Assembly (NCBI GenBank): GCA_037481835.1
Contig: JBBFKW010000015.1
Coordinates: 61,228 to 125,227 of the forward strand
From: Desulfosoma sp.
GTDB taxonomy: Bacteria > Desulfobacterota > Syntrophobacteria > Syntrophobacterales > DSM-9756
DNA length: 64,000 nucleotides
Direction: 5' to 3'
In this document: piece by piece, positions 53,519 through 63,912 of the stretch
Numbering within the stretch: the stretch's first letter is position 1
Layout of the letters: each line of letters begins with the position of its first letter
Notes under the pieces: model-generated
The model's input: the letters and a program-made list of their open reading frames with translations, nothing else
Database searches by the model: none
Told to the model about the DNA's origin: nothing
Program-made: the position numbers and the translations under genes

Positions 53519-54961
53519 ATGCATCAGGACATCGTCATCCCCGAAGTGGGGGAATCGGTACGGGAAGCCGTCTTGGCGGAATGGTTCGTCAAGACGGGTG
53601 AACGGGTCACCAAGGGTACGGTGCTCTTCGTCCTGGAAACCGACAAGGTCACCCTGGAAGTGCCTGCGGAAGCGGACGGCGTCGTGGAAATTCTGGTGCC
53701 TGCCGGCGAGACGGTGAGCGTGGGGGCCGTGGTCGGGCGCATTCAGGTGGAGAGCGCTGCGGAGGCCCCTGCTCCGGAACCCCGCGAGAGGCCTCCCGTA
53801 TCCGAGGTTCCCCGGGATTTTTCGGACGCGCGGACGACGCCGGTCCTTTCACGGGAGGACGTTCCCAAAGCCCCTGCGCCGCCCTTCGAACCGGCTGCGG
53901 CAGTCGCGGTTTCGAAACGGCCTGAAGAGACGGCCGAGTCCCCTTCGGCGCCCAGGGCCTTTTCTTCGGCGATGAAACTCGCCGCAGAACTCGGCGTGAA
54001 CCTTGCCGACGTCAAGGGCACGGGCCCTGATGGGCGCATCACCCGAGGCGATGTGCTCCTTTTTTGGGAATCCCGAGTTCCTGCAAAGCCCCCTTTACCC
54101 GAGGAATTTCCGGCCGCCCCCGGTGGAGCGGAACCTCTCGCGAAGGCTGATAAGGCGCCGCCCGCGCCGCCTGCCGGCCGAACGTCCGCCGGGGTTGGCC
54201 CCGCTTCCCGCGCCGGTGCCGAACTCGGAGCCGCCGCTCTTGCACCCGGGGCGGAGGCGGTTTCTGAAGAGACGCGAAAGCCCATGAGTCCCATCCGCAA
54301 GCGCATAGCGGAAAGACTCCTGCAGGCCAAGCATTCCACGGCCATGCTCACGACCTTCAACGAAGTGGACATGGGCCGGGTCATGGAATTTCGGCGCCGC
54401 TTCAAGGACGCCTTCAAGGAAAAGTACGGGGTGTCCCTGGGGTTCATGAGCTTTTTCGTCAAGGCCTGCGTCCAGGCGCTCCAAGAGATTCCCGAAGTCA
54501 ATGCGTTCATTGAGGGCGAAGACATGGTCTATCACGCCCATGTGCACATGGGGATCGCCATAGGGGCCGAACGGGGCCTGGTGGTCCCGGTAATCCGATA
54601 TGCAGACCGATTGGGTTTCGCCGAAATCGAAAAGGCCATCGACGACTTTGTCCGAAAAATCCGGGAGAACCGACTGAAACTGAGCGATCTGGAAGGGGGC
54701 ACATTCACCATCAGCAACGGCGGCGTCTACGGGTCCCTTCTGAGCACCCCCATCTTGAATCCGCCCCAGAGCGCCATCCTGGGCCTGCACAAGATCGAGG
54801 ACCGCCCCATCGCTCAGGGCGGCCAAGTGGTCGTTCGGCCCATGATGTACGTGGCCTTGAGTTATGATCATCGGATCATCGACGGTCGCGAAGCCGTGAC
54901 CTTCCTCAGGCGCATCAAGGAGTGCATCGAGGATCCCGAACGGCTTCTCGTGGGCATTTAG
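53519..54961 (+). CDS. sucB: Dihydrolipoamide succinyltransferase E2
   Basis: ETDKV lipoyl site, [24 protein letters not shown]. Confidence 0.96.
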   Translation: MHQDIVIPEVGESVREAVLAEWFVKTGERVTKGTVLFVLETDKVTLEVPAEADGVVEILVPAGETVSVGAVVGRIQVESAAEAPAPEPRERPPVSEVPRDFSDARTTPVLSREDVPKAPAPPFEPAAAVAVSKRPEETAESPSAPRAFSSAMKLAAELGVNLADVKGTGPDGRITRGDVLLFWESRVPAKPPLPEEFPAAPGGAEPLAKADKAPPAPPAGRTSAGVGPASRAGAELGAAALAPGAEAVSEETRKPMSPIRKRIAERLLQAKHSTAMLTTFNEVDMGRVMEFRRRFKDAFKEKYGVSLGFMSFFVKACVQALQEIPEVNAFIEGEDMVYHAHVHMGIAIGAERGLVVPVIRYADRLGFAEIEKAIDDFVRKIRENRLKLSDLEGGTFTISNGGVYGSLLSTPILNPPQSAILGLHKIEDRPIAQGGQVVVRPMMYVALSYDHRIIDGREAVTFLRRIKECIEDPERLLVGI

Positions 54962-54996
54962 GCCGAAGCCGGTCTCGAAAAATTGGAGCCCTGGAA

Positions 54997-56418
54997 ATGA
55001 CGGCGGAAAAGCGCTTCGATGTGGTGGTTATCGGGTCGGGCCCCGGAGGCTACGTGGCCTGCGTGCGAGCGGCCCAACTGGGCATGAAGACGGCCTGCGT
55101 GGAAAGAGCCGGACGACTCGGCGGAGTGTGCCTCAACGTGGGATGCATCCCCAGCAAGGCGCTCCTGGATTCCAGCGAATTGTACGACATGGCTCGACGA
55201 CGCTTCCAGGAACACGGCATCCGCCTCCAGGGAGTCGAGGCGGACCTCGCCGTCATGATGGCGAGGAAAGACAAGGTCGTCCGGGAACTCACGCAAAACG
55301 TCCGAAAACTCCTGGAACGACACCAGGTGTCGGTCATTCACGGCACGGGGCGCCTCTCGGCCCCGAACCGCGTCACGGTGGATCTTCCCCCTCCCGACAC
55401 AGGGCCCATGGAGCTTGAAGCCCGCTTCATCATCCTCGCCACCGGGAGCGAACCCGTCGCCGTTCCCGGCATCCCTGTGGATGGGGAGTTTATCGTGACA
55501 TCCACGGAAGCGCTGTCTTTCCCGGGCGTTCCCAAGAGGCTGGGGATTGTGGGCGGGGGGTACATCGGGCTGGAACTGGGGTCGGTCTGGAACCGGCTGG
55601 GATCCCAGGTGACCGTGATCGAAATGCTCCCGAGAATCGCCGCGCTCCTGGACTCCCAAGTCTCCCGCGCCTTGGAACGCTCGCTGCGCCGCCAGGGCAT
55701 GCGGTTCTTTCTGGAAAGCCGCGTTGTGGAAGCCTCCGTGAAAAACGGCGAAGTCTCCGTCCGCATCCGAACCAAGGAGGCGGAAGAGCGATTGGGTTTC
55801 GACCGGCTTTTGGTCGCCGTAGGCCGCCGACCTCTTACCCGAGGTTTGGGCCTGGAGGCCTTAGGCGTTGCGACTCATCCCAAAACGGGCCATATTCTCA
55901 CGGACACCCGCTATCAGACGTCCGTTCCCGGCGTGTACGCCATCGGGGATCTTGTTGCCGGTCCCATGCTGGCCCACAAGGCCTCGGCGGAAGCCGTCGC
56001 CTGCGTGGAAGCCATGGCCGGGATGGAAAGCGAAGTCAACTACGATGCCGTCCCCGCCGTCATCTACACGTGGCCGGAAGTGGCCGCAGTGGGCAAGACC
56101 GAAGAAGAACTGCGGGATTTGGGCGTCCCTTACTGCGTGGGAACCTATCCCTTTGCCGGGGCGGGGCGGGCGCGCTGCATGGGGGAAACGGAAGGGTTCG
56201 TGAAAGTCCTCTCCCATGCCTCTTCCGGCCGCCTGCTCGGCATTCACATCATCGGGCCCCGGGCTTCCGACATGATCGCCGAAGGGGTTCTGGCCCTGGA
56301 ATGCGGCGCCAAGGCTTCGGATCTCGGCCGGATCATGCACGGCCATCCCACCTTTTCCGAGGCCCTCCAGGAAGCCGCCCGGGTGGCCACGGCCTGCGCC
56401 ATCTACGGCAAGGACTGA
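54997..56418 (+). CDS. lpdA: Dihydrolipoamide dehydrogenase E3
   Basis: GSGPGGY, GGVCLNVGCIPSK, HPTFSE. Confidence 0.97.
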   Translation: MTAEKRFDVVVIGSGPGGYVACVRAAQLGMKTACVERAGRLGGVCLNVGCIPSKALLDSSELYDMARRRFQEHGIRLQGVEADLAVMMARKDKVVRELTQNVRKLLERHQVSVIHGTGRLSAPNRVTVDLPPPDTGPMELEARFIILATGSEPVAVPGIPVDGEFIVTSTEALSFPGVPKRLGIVGGGYIGLELGSVWNRLGSQVTVIEMLPRIAALLDSQVSRALERSLRRQGMRFFLESRVVEASVKNGEVSVRIRTKEAEERLGFDRLLVAVGRRPLTRGLGLEALGVATHPKTGHILTDTRYQTSVPGVYAIGDLVAGPMLAHKASAEAVACVEAMAGMESEVNYDAVPAVIYTWPEVAAVGKTEEELRDLGVPYCVGTYPFAGAGRARCMGETEGFVKVLSHASSGRLLGIHIIGPRASDMIAEGVLALECGAKASDLGRIMHGHPTFSEALQEAARVATACAIYGKD

Positions 56419-57371
56419 TCCTGAAGGAAGGCCGCAGCGCGCCGTTCCGACCACAGCGTGCTGTCTCGGGACAAATCGTAAAAGCCTACGTGACTGCCGT
56501 GGATCGGCGTTTCCAGGACCAGTCGGGGGCTGCGATACGCTTCCCGGTACGGGAAACACTCGGGGCTGAGAAAGGGGTCGTCCAAGGCGTTCACGAGCAG
56601 AGTGGGCACGGCGATGTGTTCCAAAACGGGTTTGGCGCTCGCCTTGGCGTAGTAATCCTGAGCGTCCCGGAATCCGTGCAACGGCGCCGTATAGCGGTTA
56701 TCAAAATCTTCGAAGGTCCGGATGGATTCGTACCCTGCGGTGCTGAGAAGCTCCGGGAAAAGAGCCTGCTTGGCTTCGATTTTTTTTCGGAGCCTGCGGA
56801 GAAAACGCCTGAGGTAGAGACGGTTCTGCGGCCGGGAAATGGCTCGGGCCGATCCCGCCAGATCGCACGGCACAGAAAACGCGATCGCGGCTCGGATCTG
56901 CTCCCGAACGTCTCGGCCGCGCTCGCCCAAGTATTTCAGGATCAGGTTGCCGCCCAGGCTGAAGCCGACGAGGGCGAGCGTCGGATAGCCTGCGGATTCG
57001 GCCACGTGCCGCACAACCGTTTCCAGGTCTTCCGTCATGCCGCTGTGATAGAAGGAAGGCTTTCGATTGGGAATCCCGCTGCACCCGCGGTAATTCACGG
57101 CACACACATCCCAGCCCGCCCGGTTGAGCGCCCTGGCCATGCCCAGCACGTAAGGCCGCCGGGAATGACCTTCCAAGCCGTGGCAGAGGACGGCCGCCCG
57201 TCGAGCCCCCACGCACGACCAGTCCAAGTCGAGAAAATCGCCGTCGGGGGTTTCCACCCTTTCCCGCTCATAGGTGACTCCGCGCACAAGGCGCATCTGA
57301 TTGGCCGCAATCATCTGTAGGTGAGGATTCCGTAAAAGGCGCGGCGCTCTAAAAGACCACGGCTCCAGCAT
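56403..57371 (-). CDS. YheT-family alpha/beta hydrolase
   Basis: NPHLQ, HGLEG, GFSLGG, DDP, HVGF. Confidence 0.92.
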   Translation of the reverse strand: MLEPWSFRAPRLLRNPHLQMIAANQMRLVRGVTYERERVETPDGDFLDLDWSCVGARRAAVLCHGLEGHSRRPYVLGMARALNRAGWDVCAVNYRGCSGIPNRKPSFYHSGMTEDLETVVRHVAESAGYPTLALVGFSLGGNLILKYLGERGRDVREQIRAAIAFSVPCDLAGSARAISRPQNRLYLRRFLRRLRKKIEAKQALFPELLSTAGYESIRTFEDFDNRYTAPLHGFRDAQDYYAKASAKPVLEHIAVPTLLVNALDDPFLSPECFPYREAYRSPRLVLETPIHGSHVGFYDLSRDSTLWSERRAAAFLQDQSLP

Positions 57372-57606
57372 TTTGTGCCCCTTCCTCCACCTGGAACAGG
57401 TCCGCCCACGGCGCCCTGGAACCCGAAAGGCACTTTTCGTCTCGACCTACCCATCGCTGGGGTGCTTGAGGCGCCCTGCAGGGCCGAACCTTGGCCGTGT
57501 CTTGACCGGACCGGCCCCAAAGCGCCGGCACGGCGTTTCCATACACCCTGAGGGAGCCGCACACAAGTCGTTTCGGGAGTTTTGCTCAGAAATTCAAGGA
57601 ACACCC

Positions 57607-57641
57607 TTGACTTTTACCATATATCCACTTTATGTTTCCAC
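57607..57641 (+). promoter_or_regulatory. lexA promoter
   Basis: TTGACT-N18-TATGTT; TCCAC on both sides of the -10. Confidence 0.5.
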
Positions 57642-57676
57642 GCAAAGAAAAAGTCCATGAAACAAGGAGGCGACCC

Positions 57677-58291
57677 ATGCAGCTTACCCCGGCTCAGAAG
57701 CGGGTGCACGATTTTCTGCACACCTACATGGCCGTTCACGGCCATGCGCCGTCCTACGAGGAAATCCGCAAGCACTTGGGTTTCCGGTCCTTAAACGCCG
57801 TCTACAAGCACATCAAGCAGCTGCAAGAGCGCGGTTATGTGCGAAGCCTCGGCAAGAACCGAAAGCGGGCTCTCGAGCTGGTGGAGCTTCGCACTGGGGG
57901 CGCCTCCATCCCTTTCCTGGGGGTGGTGGCCGCCGGGACGCCCATCGAAGCGGTGGAAGTGCCGGAAACGGTGGATGTGCCCGAGAGTCTCCTTGCCGGC
58001 GGGGAACACTTCGCCCTCAGGGTTCGGGGCGATTCCATGATTGAAGAAGGGATCCGGGAAGGAGACATCCTCATCGTGAAAAAACAACCCACGGCCGAAA
58101 ACGGACAGACGGTGGTCGCCCTGGTGAACGGGGAAGCCACGGTGAAGAGGTTTTTCCTTCAGGGGACGGCCGTGGAACTGCGCCCGGCCAACAGCGCCAT
58201 GGCTGCCCTGAGGGTCCCTGCGGAAAATGTGGAGATTCTCGGGGTGGTGGTGGGTTTGGTGCGCCATTACCGGCATCGCCTCGGGTTATGA
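57677..58291 (+). CDS. lexA: SOS repressor LexA
   Basis: PSYEEI wHTH, VAAG cleavage site, GDSM, ATVKR. Confidence 0.96.
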   Translation: MQLTPAQKRVHDFLHTYMAVHGHAPSYEEIRKHLGFRSLNAVYKHIKQLQERGYVRSLGKNRKRALELVELRTGGASIPFLGVVAAGTPIEAVEVPETVDVPESLLAGGEHFALRVRGDSMIEEGIREGDILIVKKQPTAENGQTVVALVNGEATVKRFFLQGTAVELRPANSAMAALRVPAENVEILGVVVGLVRHYRHRLGL

Positions 58292-58412
58292 GGCGGGGCG
58301 CACCCGTTTGGGCCCGTTTTGGGTGCATGATGCACCGAAAGGGCGGCGGGCCGCGCCGCGAAAAACGGTGAAGGACCGCTTGCGATGCAGGAGAAACGGC
58401 GGATTTTCGATC

Positions 58413-58429
58413 TCGGCATGAGGCTTGCC
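58413..58429 (+). promoter_or_regulatory. Sigma-54 promoter candidate
   Basis: TCGGCATGAGGCTTGCC: GG-N10-GC, about 50 nt before the ATG. Confidence 0.6.
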
Positions 58430-58476
58430 TTAAAGGCACATGGAGCCAAATTCTTTCATTGAAAGGAGGACACAGC

Positions 58477-58806
58477 ATGCCGGGACGAGATGGAACGGGA
58501 CCGTGGGGAACGGGTCCTCGAAAGGGAAGAGGCATGGGATGGTGTGCCGTGCCTTCGGGAGCCGGCCCTTGGGCTTATACTGCCGGGTTCGGCTTCGGCC
58601 GGCGAGGTCGAGGGATTCGCTGTGCAAGGGGACCGCGGGCCGGTTTTGGGCCGGGGTGGGGCTGGAGAATGGCGGTTCCGCCGAGCCCCGAGGAAGGACT
58701 GGGGTGGCTCAAGGCTTATGCGGCCAATCTGGAACAGGCCTTGGAACAGGCGCGCCGCCGGATGACCGCTTTGGAGCAAGGAGCGCCCCCGCAGCCTGCG
58801 GAGTGA
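58477..58806 (+). CDS. DUF5320-like Gly/Arg-rich protein
   Basis: MPGRDGTGPWGTGPRKGRGMGWC plus C-terminal coiled coil. Confidence 0.88.
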   Translation: MPGRDGTGPWGTGPRKGRGMGWCAVPSGAGPWAYTAGFGFGRRGRGIRCARGPRAGFGPGWGWRMAVPPSPEEGLGWLKAYAANLEQALEQARRRMTALEQGAPPQPAE

Positions 58807-58981
58807 CGGCGGGCTTCGGACGATAACGTCCCGAGGCGGCCGGTGAGCTGTGCGCCGTTTCGTCGGGGCCCTTCAACGCTTTGGGTGGCGTGACACGACG
58901 CCCTTTTCCTGGTATGGGGAAAGGGCTTTCTTTTTTCCGGGCTCGAGGTGTGCGGATCCATCTTCAGCAACGGGCGCCCCC

Positions 58982-60184
58982 ATGTCTTCCCATCCCATGG
59001 ATCGAAATATCGGCCTTTTTGCAGCTTACCGGGTGCTTTTCAATCTGCGCTTTTACTATCCGGTCTTCGCGTTGTTTTACATGGACGCGGGCGTGAGTCT
59101 GGAGCAGTTCGCGTGGCTTCAGGGGCTGTGGTCTCTGAGCATCATCGTCTTCGAGGTTCCTTCCGGGATGCTGGCCGATACCATCGGCAGAAGGACGACT
59201 CTTCGGCTGGCCGCTTTCCTCGCCGTTGTGGAAATGATCATCTTTGCGACCGCCACGGACCTTGTCGGATTCGCCCTGAACCGGGTTCTCAGCGGATTCA
59301 ACGAAAGTCTGGCTTCCGGGGCGGATTCGGCTTTGCTTTATGATTCGCTGAAGGTGCGGGGCCGTGAAGGGGAATACAAAAAATGGCTCGGCACGGCCCA
59401 GTTTTACGGTCTCACCGTGGGCTCCTTATCCACCATGGCGGGAAGCTACCTCTACACGTGGGGCATCCGGCTTCCCATTTGGGCCACGGCCGGATGCATG
59501 GCGGGGGCGGCTGCGGTTTCCCTTTTCTTCAAAGAACCCACGGCTTCGGCGCACCGGTTGACATGGCGCGATGAAAAACGGCTGCTCAAAGACAGCGTCA
59601 TGGACCTGGCGGGCGATAGGGCGCTCGTTTTCCTGGTGGCTTTGATCGTCGTTGTGGACACCGGGGCACGGATCGTTCTCGTGCACAATTCCCTCTATTA
59701 CCAGGAACTGCTCATCCCGGTGGCCTGGTTCGGCGCGGTGGGGGTGGGGGTGCGCCTCATCAGCTCGGTGGCTTCCAAGAACGCCTATCGGGTGGACCGC
59801 GCGCTCGGGTTTCTTCGCGCCTCGGTGGTCATGATCGCCCTCATGGCAGCGGGCTATTGGGGCATGTCGGCCATGGTTCCTTATTACGGCATCGCCTTTG
59901 TGCCCGTGGTGACTTCGGGCATGTATTTTTTGACCCTCACCGTGGAAGGGGAAATTCATCGGCGCATTCCCAGCGAGCGGCGCGCGACGGTCATGAGCCT
60001 GAAAAACATGGCCGTCAATGTGGCTTTTGCCGTGGGCATGCCCCTTTTCGCCGCGGCCTCCCGAAGCGGCCTTCAAGAAGGATTCCGAAGCCTTGCGGCG
60101 GTCTTTACGGGGCTGGCGGCTCTCGTGCTCGTGTCTTCGCGCTGGTTGTGGGTTCCGGCTCGGGACGACGGCCGGGAAAGCTAG
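58982..60184 (+). CDS. MFS transporter
   Basis: EVPSGMLADTIGRR, SGADSALLYDSL, RATVMS. Confidence 0.92.
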   Translation: MSSHPMDRNIGLFAAYRVLFNLRFYYPVFALFYMDAGVSLEQFAWLQGLWSLSIIVFEVPSGMLADTIGRRTTLRLAAFLAVVEMIIFATATDLVGFALNRVLSGFNESLASGADSALLYDSLKVRGREGEYKKWLGTAQFYGLTVGSLSTMAGSYLYTWGIRLPIWATAGCMAGAAAVSLFFKEPTASAHRLTWRDEKRLLKDSVMDLAGDRALVFLVALIVVVDTGARIVLVHNSLYYQELLIPVAWFGAVGVGVRLISSVASKNAYRVDRALGFLRASVVMIALMAAGYWGMSAMVPYYGIAFVPVVTSGMYFLTLTVEGEIHRRIPSERRATVMSLKNMAVNVAFAVGMPLFAAASRSGLQEGFRSLAAVFTGLAALVLVSSRWLWVPARDDGRES

Positions 60185-60572
60185 GAGGCTGTCTGAGAAC
60201 GAACCCGAAGGCCTCTTCTCCTGGGAGCGCGGGCCTCCGGCCCGCACGAGAAGCGGGCGAGACGCCCGCGCTCCCGGGAATGGCTCCTTGGCCACCACTG
60301 TATGAAAGTCGCGCTCAGAATCTTGGACGGCAGGACTTTCATGGTTCGCTGTCTCGCCGGATCCAGAGCTGGGTTGGGGAACACGGTCGCACGTTGCGGT
60401 GTCACAAGGAAGCATGAAACTGGAGACCCCGGGAGATTGTCCGGGAATCCTTATTTTGCCGCGTTCAACGTCCATCGGTCATCCCCGCGAAAGCAGGGAT
60501 CCAAAATGGACGGGCCGTCATAGCCCCCCGCGTGCGCGGGACCGCCGGCGTTTGGAATTCTCGGAGGCGCCC
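60185..60572. mobile_element. Composite MITE/REP island filling the gap between two convergent TAG stops
   Basis: CTAG+GAGGCTGTCTGAGAA; GGAG doublet 60220-60278; module B without REP 60302-60420; TIR 60433, CGTC doublet 60477-60545, degenerate right TIR to 60572. Confidence 0.78.
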
Positions 60573-60782
60573 CTACGGTCTTTTGCCGCGTCCGCCGCAC
60601 TGCGGGCACACGGCGTTGGCGTAATCCACGCAGCACGCCCCCGGACGGATGGCGGGCTCTGTGCCGCAGACGAGTCCCGTGCCGCAGCACGTGGGGCAGA
60701 CCTCCGCCGTATCACGCTCTTCCGGCTCGGGTGAGGCGCCGTCGTCCCCCTTGGGGTCACAGGATTTCCGTAGTGCCGTCAT
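60573..60782 (-). CDS. 69-aa Cys-rich protein with two CxxCxGxG motifs
   Basis: CPTCCGTG and CPQCGGRG; AAGGAG RBS. Confidence 0.7.
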   Translation of the reverse strand: MTALRKSCDPKGDDGASPEPEERDTAEVCPTCCGTGLVCGTEPAIRPGACCVDYANAVCPQCGGRGKRP

Positions 60783-60980
60783 CGGTGGCTCCTTGGTGTC
60801 ATCTTGTCCGGGATCGGCAAAAGTGCAATATACCCTCAAAGTCGATGGAACCGAATCTTGGGGAGACGAAAACAAAATGTCAAGAACTGAGCCGACTTCG
60901 GAGCCCGGGGCAGGATGGGTACATCGACGATGTTCTTGCTGGACGATGAAATCAAAAAGCGGCCCGGGTGAAAGGCGTCC

Positions 60981-62483
60981 ATGAGGCTGCCGAAAATTCT
61001 CTTTGTGGAAGACGATGCGTCGTTACGGCTGACCCAGAGCCTGTATCTGGAACAGGAGGGCTTTGCGGTGATGCCGGTGTCCACCCGCGCGGAGGCGCGC
61101 CGGGCCCTTCGGGACGAACCCTTCGATGCCGTGGTCACGGACCTTCGCCTGGGGGACGCCGGCGGTTTGGATGTTTTGGCCGATGTTCGGGAACTGAGGC
61201 CGGAAGCCGAAACGGTGGTCATCACGGGTTACGGGTCCGTGGAAAGCGCCGTGGAAGCCATGAAGCGGGGCGCCTACGACTACCTCACCAAGCCCGTGGA
61301 TCCCGAGCTCTTGGCCCGGATTCTTCGAAAAGCTCTGGAACGGCAGCAGCTGCGCCGTCAAGTGGATCATCTGACCCGGCGTTTCGCCGAAGAAGCCGGC
61401 CTCAATCGGATCGTGGCGGAAAGTCCCGCCATGAAAGCCGTCATGGCCCGGCTGGACGATGTGGCCGCAAGCGATGCGCCGGTTTTGATCCAAGGCGAAA
61501 GCGGCACGGGCAAGGAACTCATGGCCAAATGGATCCACGAGCGAAGCCGCCGCGCGGCGGGGCCTTTTGTGGGGATCAACTGCGGCGCCGTGCCGGAAAC
61601 CCTTCTCGAGACGGAACTGTTCGGCCACGTGCGCGGTGCGTTCACGGGAGCCCACCAACACAAGAAGGGGCTGTTCGAAGCGGCCGACGGCGGCACGCTC
61701 TTTCTGGATGAAGTGGGAGAAATTTCCCCGGCTTTCCAGGTGAAACTGCTGCGGACGCTCCAGGAAGGAACGCTTCGCCGCGTGGGATCCGTCAAGGAAA
61801 CCCCTGTGGACGTGCGCCTCATCGCCGCAAGCAACCAAGATATCGCCCGCCTTGTCCGGGAAGGCCGTTTCCGCCAGGATCTCTATTACCGCATCAACGT
61901 GGTGCCAATTCTCTTGCCGCCCCTTCGAGAAAGGCGGGAAGACATTCTCCCTCTGGCCCGATCCATTCTGGATCGGCTGAGTCGACGCATGGGCCGAAAA
62001 GCGCCGGAACTCACGCCTGCGGCCCGCCGGCGCCTGCTCGACTACTCATGGCCGGGAAACGTCCGCGAACTGGAAAACGCTCTGGAACGTGTCCTCATCT
62101 TCTCCCGATCCGAGGTCATCGACGCCGACGATCTTCAGTGGGAATTTCAGGGAATCGGCGGGAGATTTCTTTCGGAGCGAGAACACCTCGGGAGCGGGGG
62201 CCTGGAGCCTTCAGCCCATGCGGCCGGGGCGCCTGAGGCTTTAGGGGATACGGCTTTCCAGGGCGAACGCACCCCTCAAGAAGCGTTGCATCATGCGGCG
62301 TCCGGCCGACCGGGGGATGACGCCCCGGGGGAGGATCTTTCCTTGGCCGAAATGGAACGGCGCCATATCCTTTCGGTACTCGCCCGATGCGGAAATAACA
62401 AAACGAAAGCCGCCGCCGTTCTCGGCATCGGCACCAACACGCTGTGGCGCAAGCTGAAAAAATACGGCCATGAAAAGCCCTAA
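60981..62483 (+). CDS. Sigma-54-dependent response regulator (NtrC family)
   Basis: VEDD receiver, GESGTGKE, GAFTGA, WPGNVREL, Fis-type HTH. Confidence 0.96.
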   Translation: MRLPKILFVEDDASLRLTQSLYLEQEGFAVMPVSTRAEARRALRDEPFDAVVTDLRLGDAGGLDVLADVRELRPEAETVVITGYGSVESAVEAMKRGAYDYLTKPVDPELLARILRKALERQQLRRQVDHLTRRFAEEAGLNRIVAESPAMKAVMARLDDVAASDAPVLIQGESGTGKELMAKWIHERSRRAAGPFVGINCGAVPETLLETELFGHVRGAFTGAHQHKKGLFEAADGGTLFLDEVGEISPAFQVKLLRTLQEGTLRRVGSVKETPVDVRLIAASNQDIARLVREGRFRQDLYYRINVVPILLPPLRERREDILPLARSILDRLSRRMGRKAPELTPAARRRLLDYSWPGNVRELENALERVLIFSRSEVIDADDLQWEFQGIGGRFLSEREHLGSGGLEPSAHAAGAPEALGDTAFQGERTPQEALHHAASGRPGDDAPGEDLSLAEMERRHILSVLARCGNNKTKAAAVLGIGTNTLWRKLKKYGHEKP

Positions 62484-63570
62484 GCGCCGAACCTTTTCTT
62501 CCCTCGACCCCGATAGCCTCCGGGCCGTGCTCGACAGCATGGAAGATCGCATCTACGTCGTGGACCGGGATTATCGCATCCGGTTCATGAACTGGTCGCT
62601 GCGCAGCGATATGGGCGACGGCGAAGGGGCCCTGTGCTATGAATTTTTCGGGCATGATCGGCATACCTGCGACGAATGCCAGCACGGGATGAGTTCCTTC
62701 GAGCCGGAGCGGCGCCGGGAATGGACCTCCCCGAAAGACGGCCGCATCTACGAAGTGTCCGTCTCGCCCCTGCACGGGCCCGATGGGAGCATCTCGAGGC
62801 TCCACATCATGCGGGACATCACGGAACGCAAAGCCCTGGAAAAGGCGCTCCACGAGCACACCAAATCCTTGGAAGCGAAGGTCAAGGAACAGGCGGACAT
62901 CCTTTTTCGCCGGGAAAGGCTGTCTCTGTTGGGGGAAATTGCGGCGGGACTGGCCCACGAACTGCGCACGCCCCTCGGCGCCATCCTCACCGGCGCCAAG
63001 CTCCTGGAAAAGGAACCCGTCGACCCCGCGCGGCGAACCATGATCCTGGAACTCATCCGCAAAGAAACCGGCCGCTTGGAAAGAAAGCTCGCCGAATTCC
63101 TCCAGTACGCCAAAGGAAGACTCCCCGAAAAGAGGCCCACCGCCGTGAGCGGCCTCCTGGAAGACGTGCGGGCGGTGCTGGCTTCGGACGCCGCCTTGGT
63201 CGGTCGGGTGCGCATCCACCTGTCCGTCGGCCCCGGCACGGACCCTTTCCCCCTGGATGGGGACCTCATGAAGGAAGTCCTGCTGAACCTCGGCCAGAAC
63301 GCCCTCCAATCCCTGGACGGTTCGGGAGACCTGCACCTGGAGGCCAAAAGGATCGCCGAAGGGTTGGAGATCACGGTTCGAGACAACGGGCCGGGCATTC
63401 CATCAAGCGATGTGCCCCATCTTTTTAAACCCTTTTTCACCCGCCGGCCTTCCGGAACCGGTCTGGGCCTGGCCATCTGCAAGGACATCGTGGAAGCCCA
63501 CGGGGGCCGCATCACCGTCACGAGCCTTCCCCACGTGCAGACCACATTCCGCATCATCCTTCCGCAGTAA
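62470..63570 (+). CDS. Cytoplasmic PAS histidine kinase
   Basis: PAS with CYEFFG..CDEC, AHELRTPL, DNGPG, GTGLGL; no TM. Confidence 0.93.
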   Translation: MKSPKRRTFSSLDPDSLRAVLDSMEDRIYVVDRDYRIRFMNWSLRSDMGDGEGALCYEFFGHDRHTCDECQHGMSSFEPERRREWTSPKDGRIYEVSVSPLHGPDGSISRLHIMRDITERKALEKALHEHTKSLEAKVKEQADILFRRERLSLLGEIAAGLAHELRTPLGAILTGAKLLEKEPVDPARRTMILELIRKETGRLERKLAEFLQYAKGRLPEKRPTAVSGLLEDVRAVLASDAALVGRVRIHLSVGPGTDPFPLDGDLMKEVLLNLGQNALQSLDGSGDLHLEAKRIAEGLEITVRDNGPGIPSSDVPHLFKPFFTRRPSGTGLGLAICKDIVEAHGGRITVTSLPHVQTTFRIILPQ

Positions 63571-63680
63571 CCCGTCCATTTTGGAAGAGCCCCACGACGC
63601 AGCCTTCCATTATGGAATGGCGGCGTTCCAATGTGGGGGCGTGGGGGCTCAAGGGTTCTGGGTGGGGCGGGGCGTGGAGG

Positions 63681-63712
63681 TGTTGGGGTTCGCTTCGCTC
63701 ACCCCAACCTCC
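63681..63712 (-). repeat. Solo REP (GGAG variant of the GTAG head)
   Basis: TGTTGGGGTTCGCTTCGCTCACCCCAACCTCC. Confidence 0.85.
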
Positions 63713-63912
63713 ATCTGTTGGCACGAAGCTTGTTTCCCAAAGGCTTTCGGAAAAAAGTCGGCACGGGGCTAGGCCGGCACGGGGCGGCTGTTTTCGTTGA
63801 ATGAAGGAATGGCCGCGCGGCGCCGGGATGTTCGGGTGGGGCGAAACGATGTGGGGAAACGGGTCTCGAGCCCGTATCCCGTGGCTTTTGGGTCAACACA
63901 TGGAGGACGACC

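Noticed and set aside
62150..62335. REP-derived in-frame insertion in the regulator's long linker
   Set aside because: Only a short GGGAGCGGGGGCC resemblance and no paired arm
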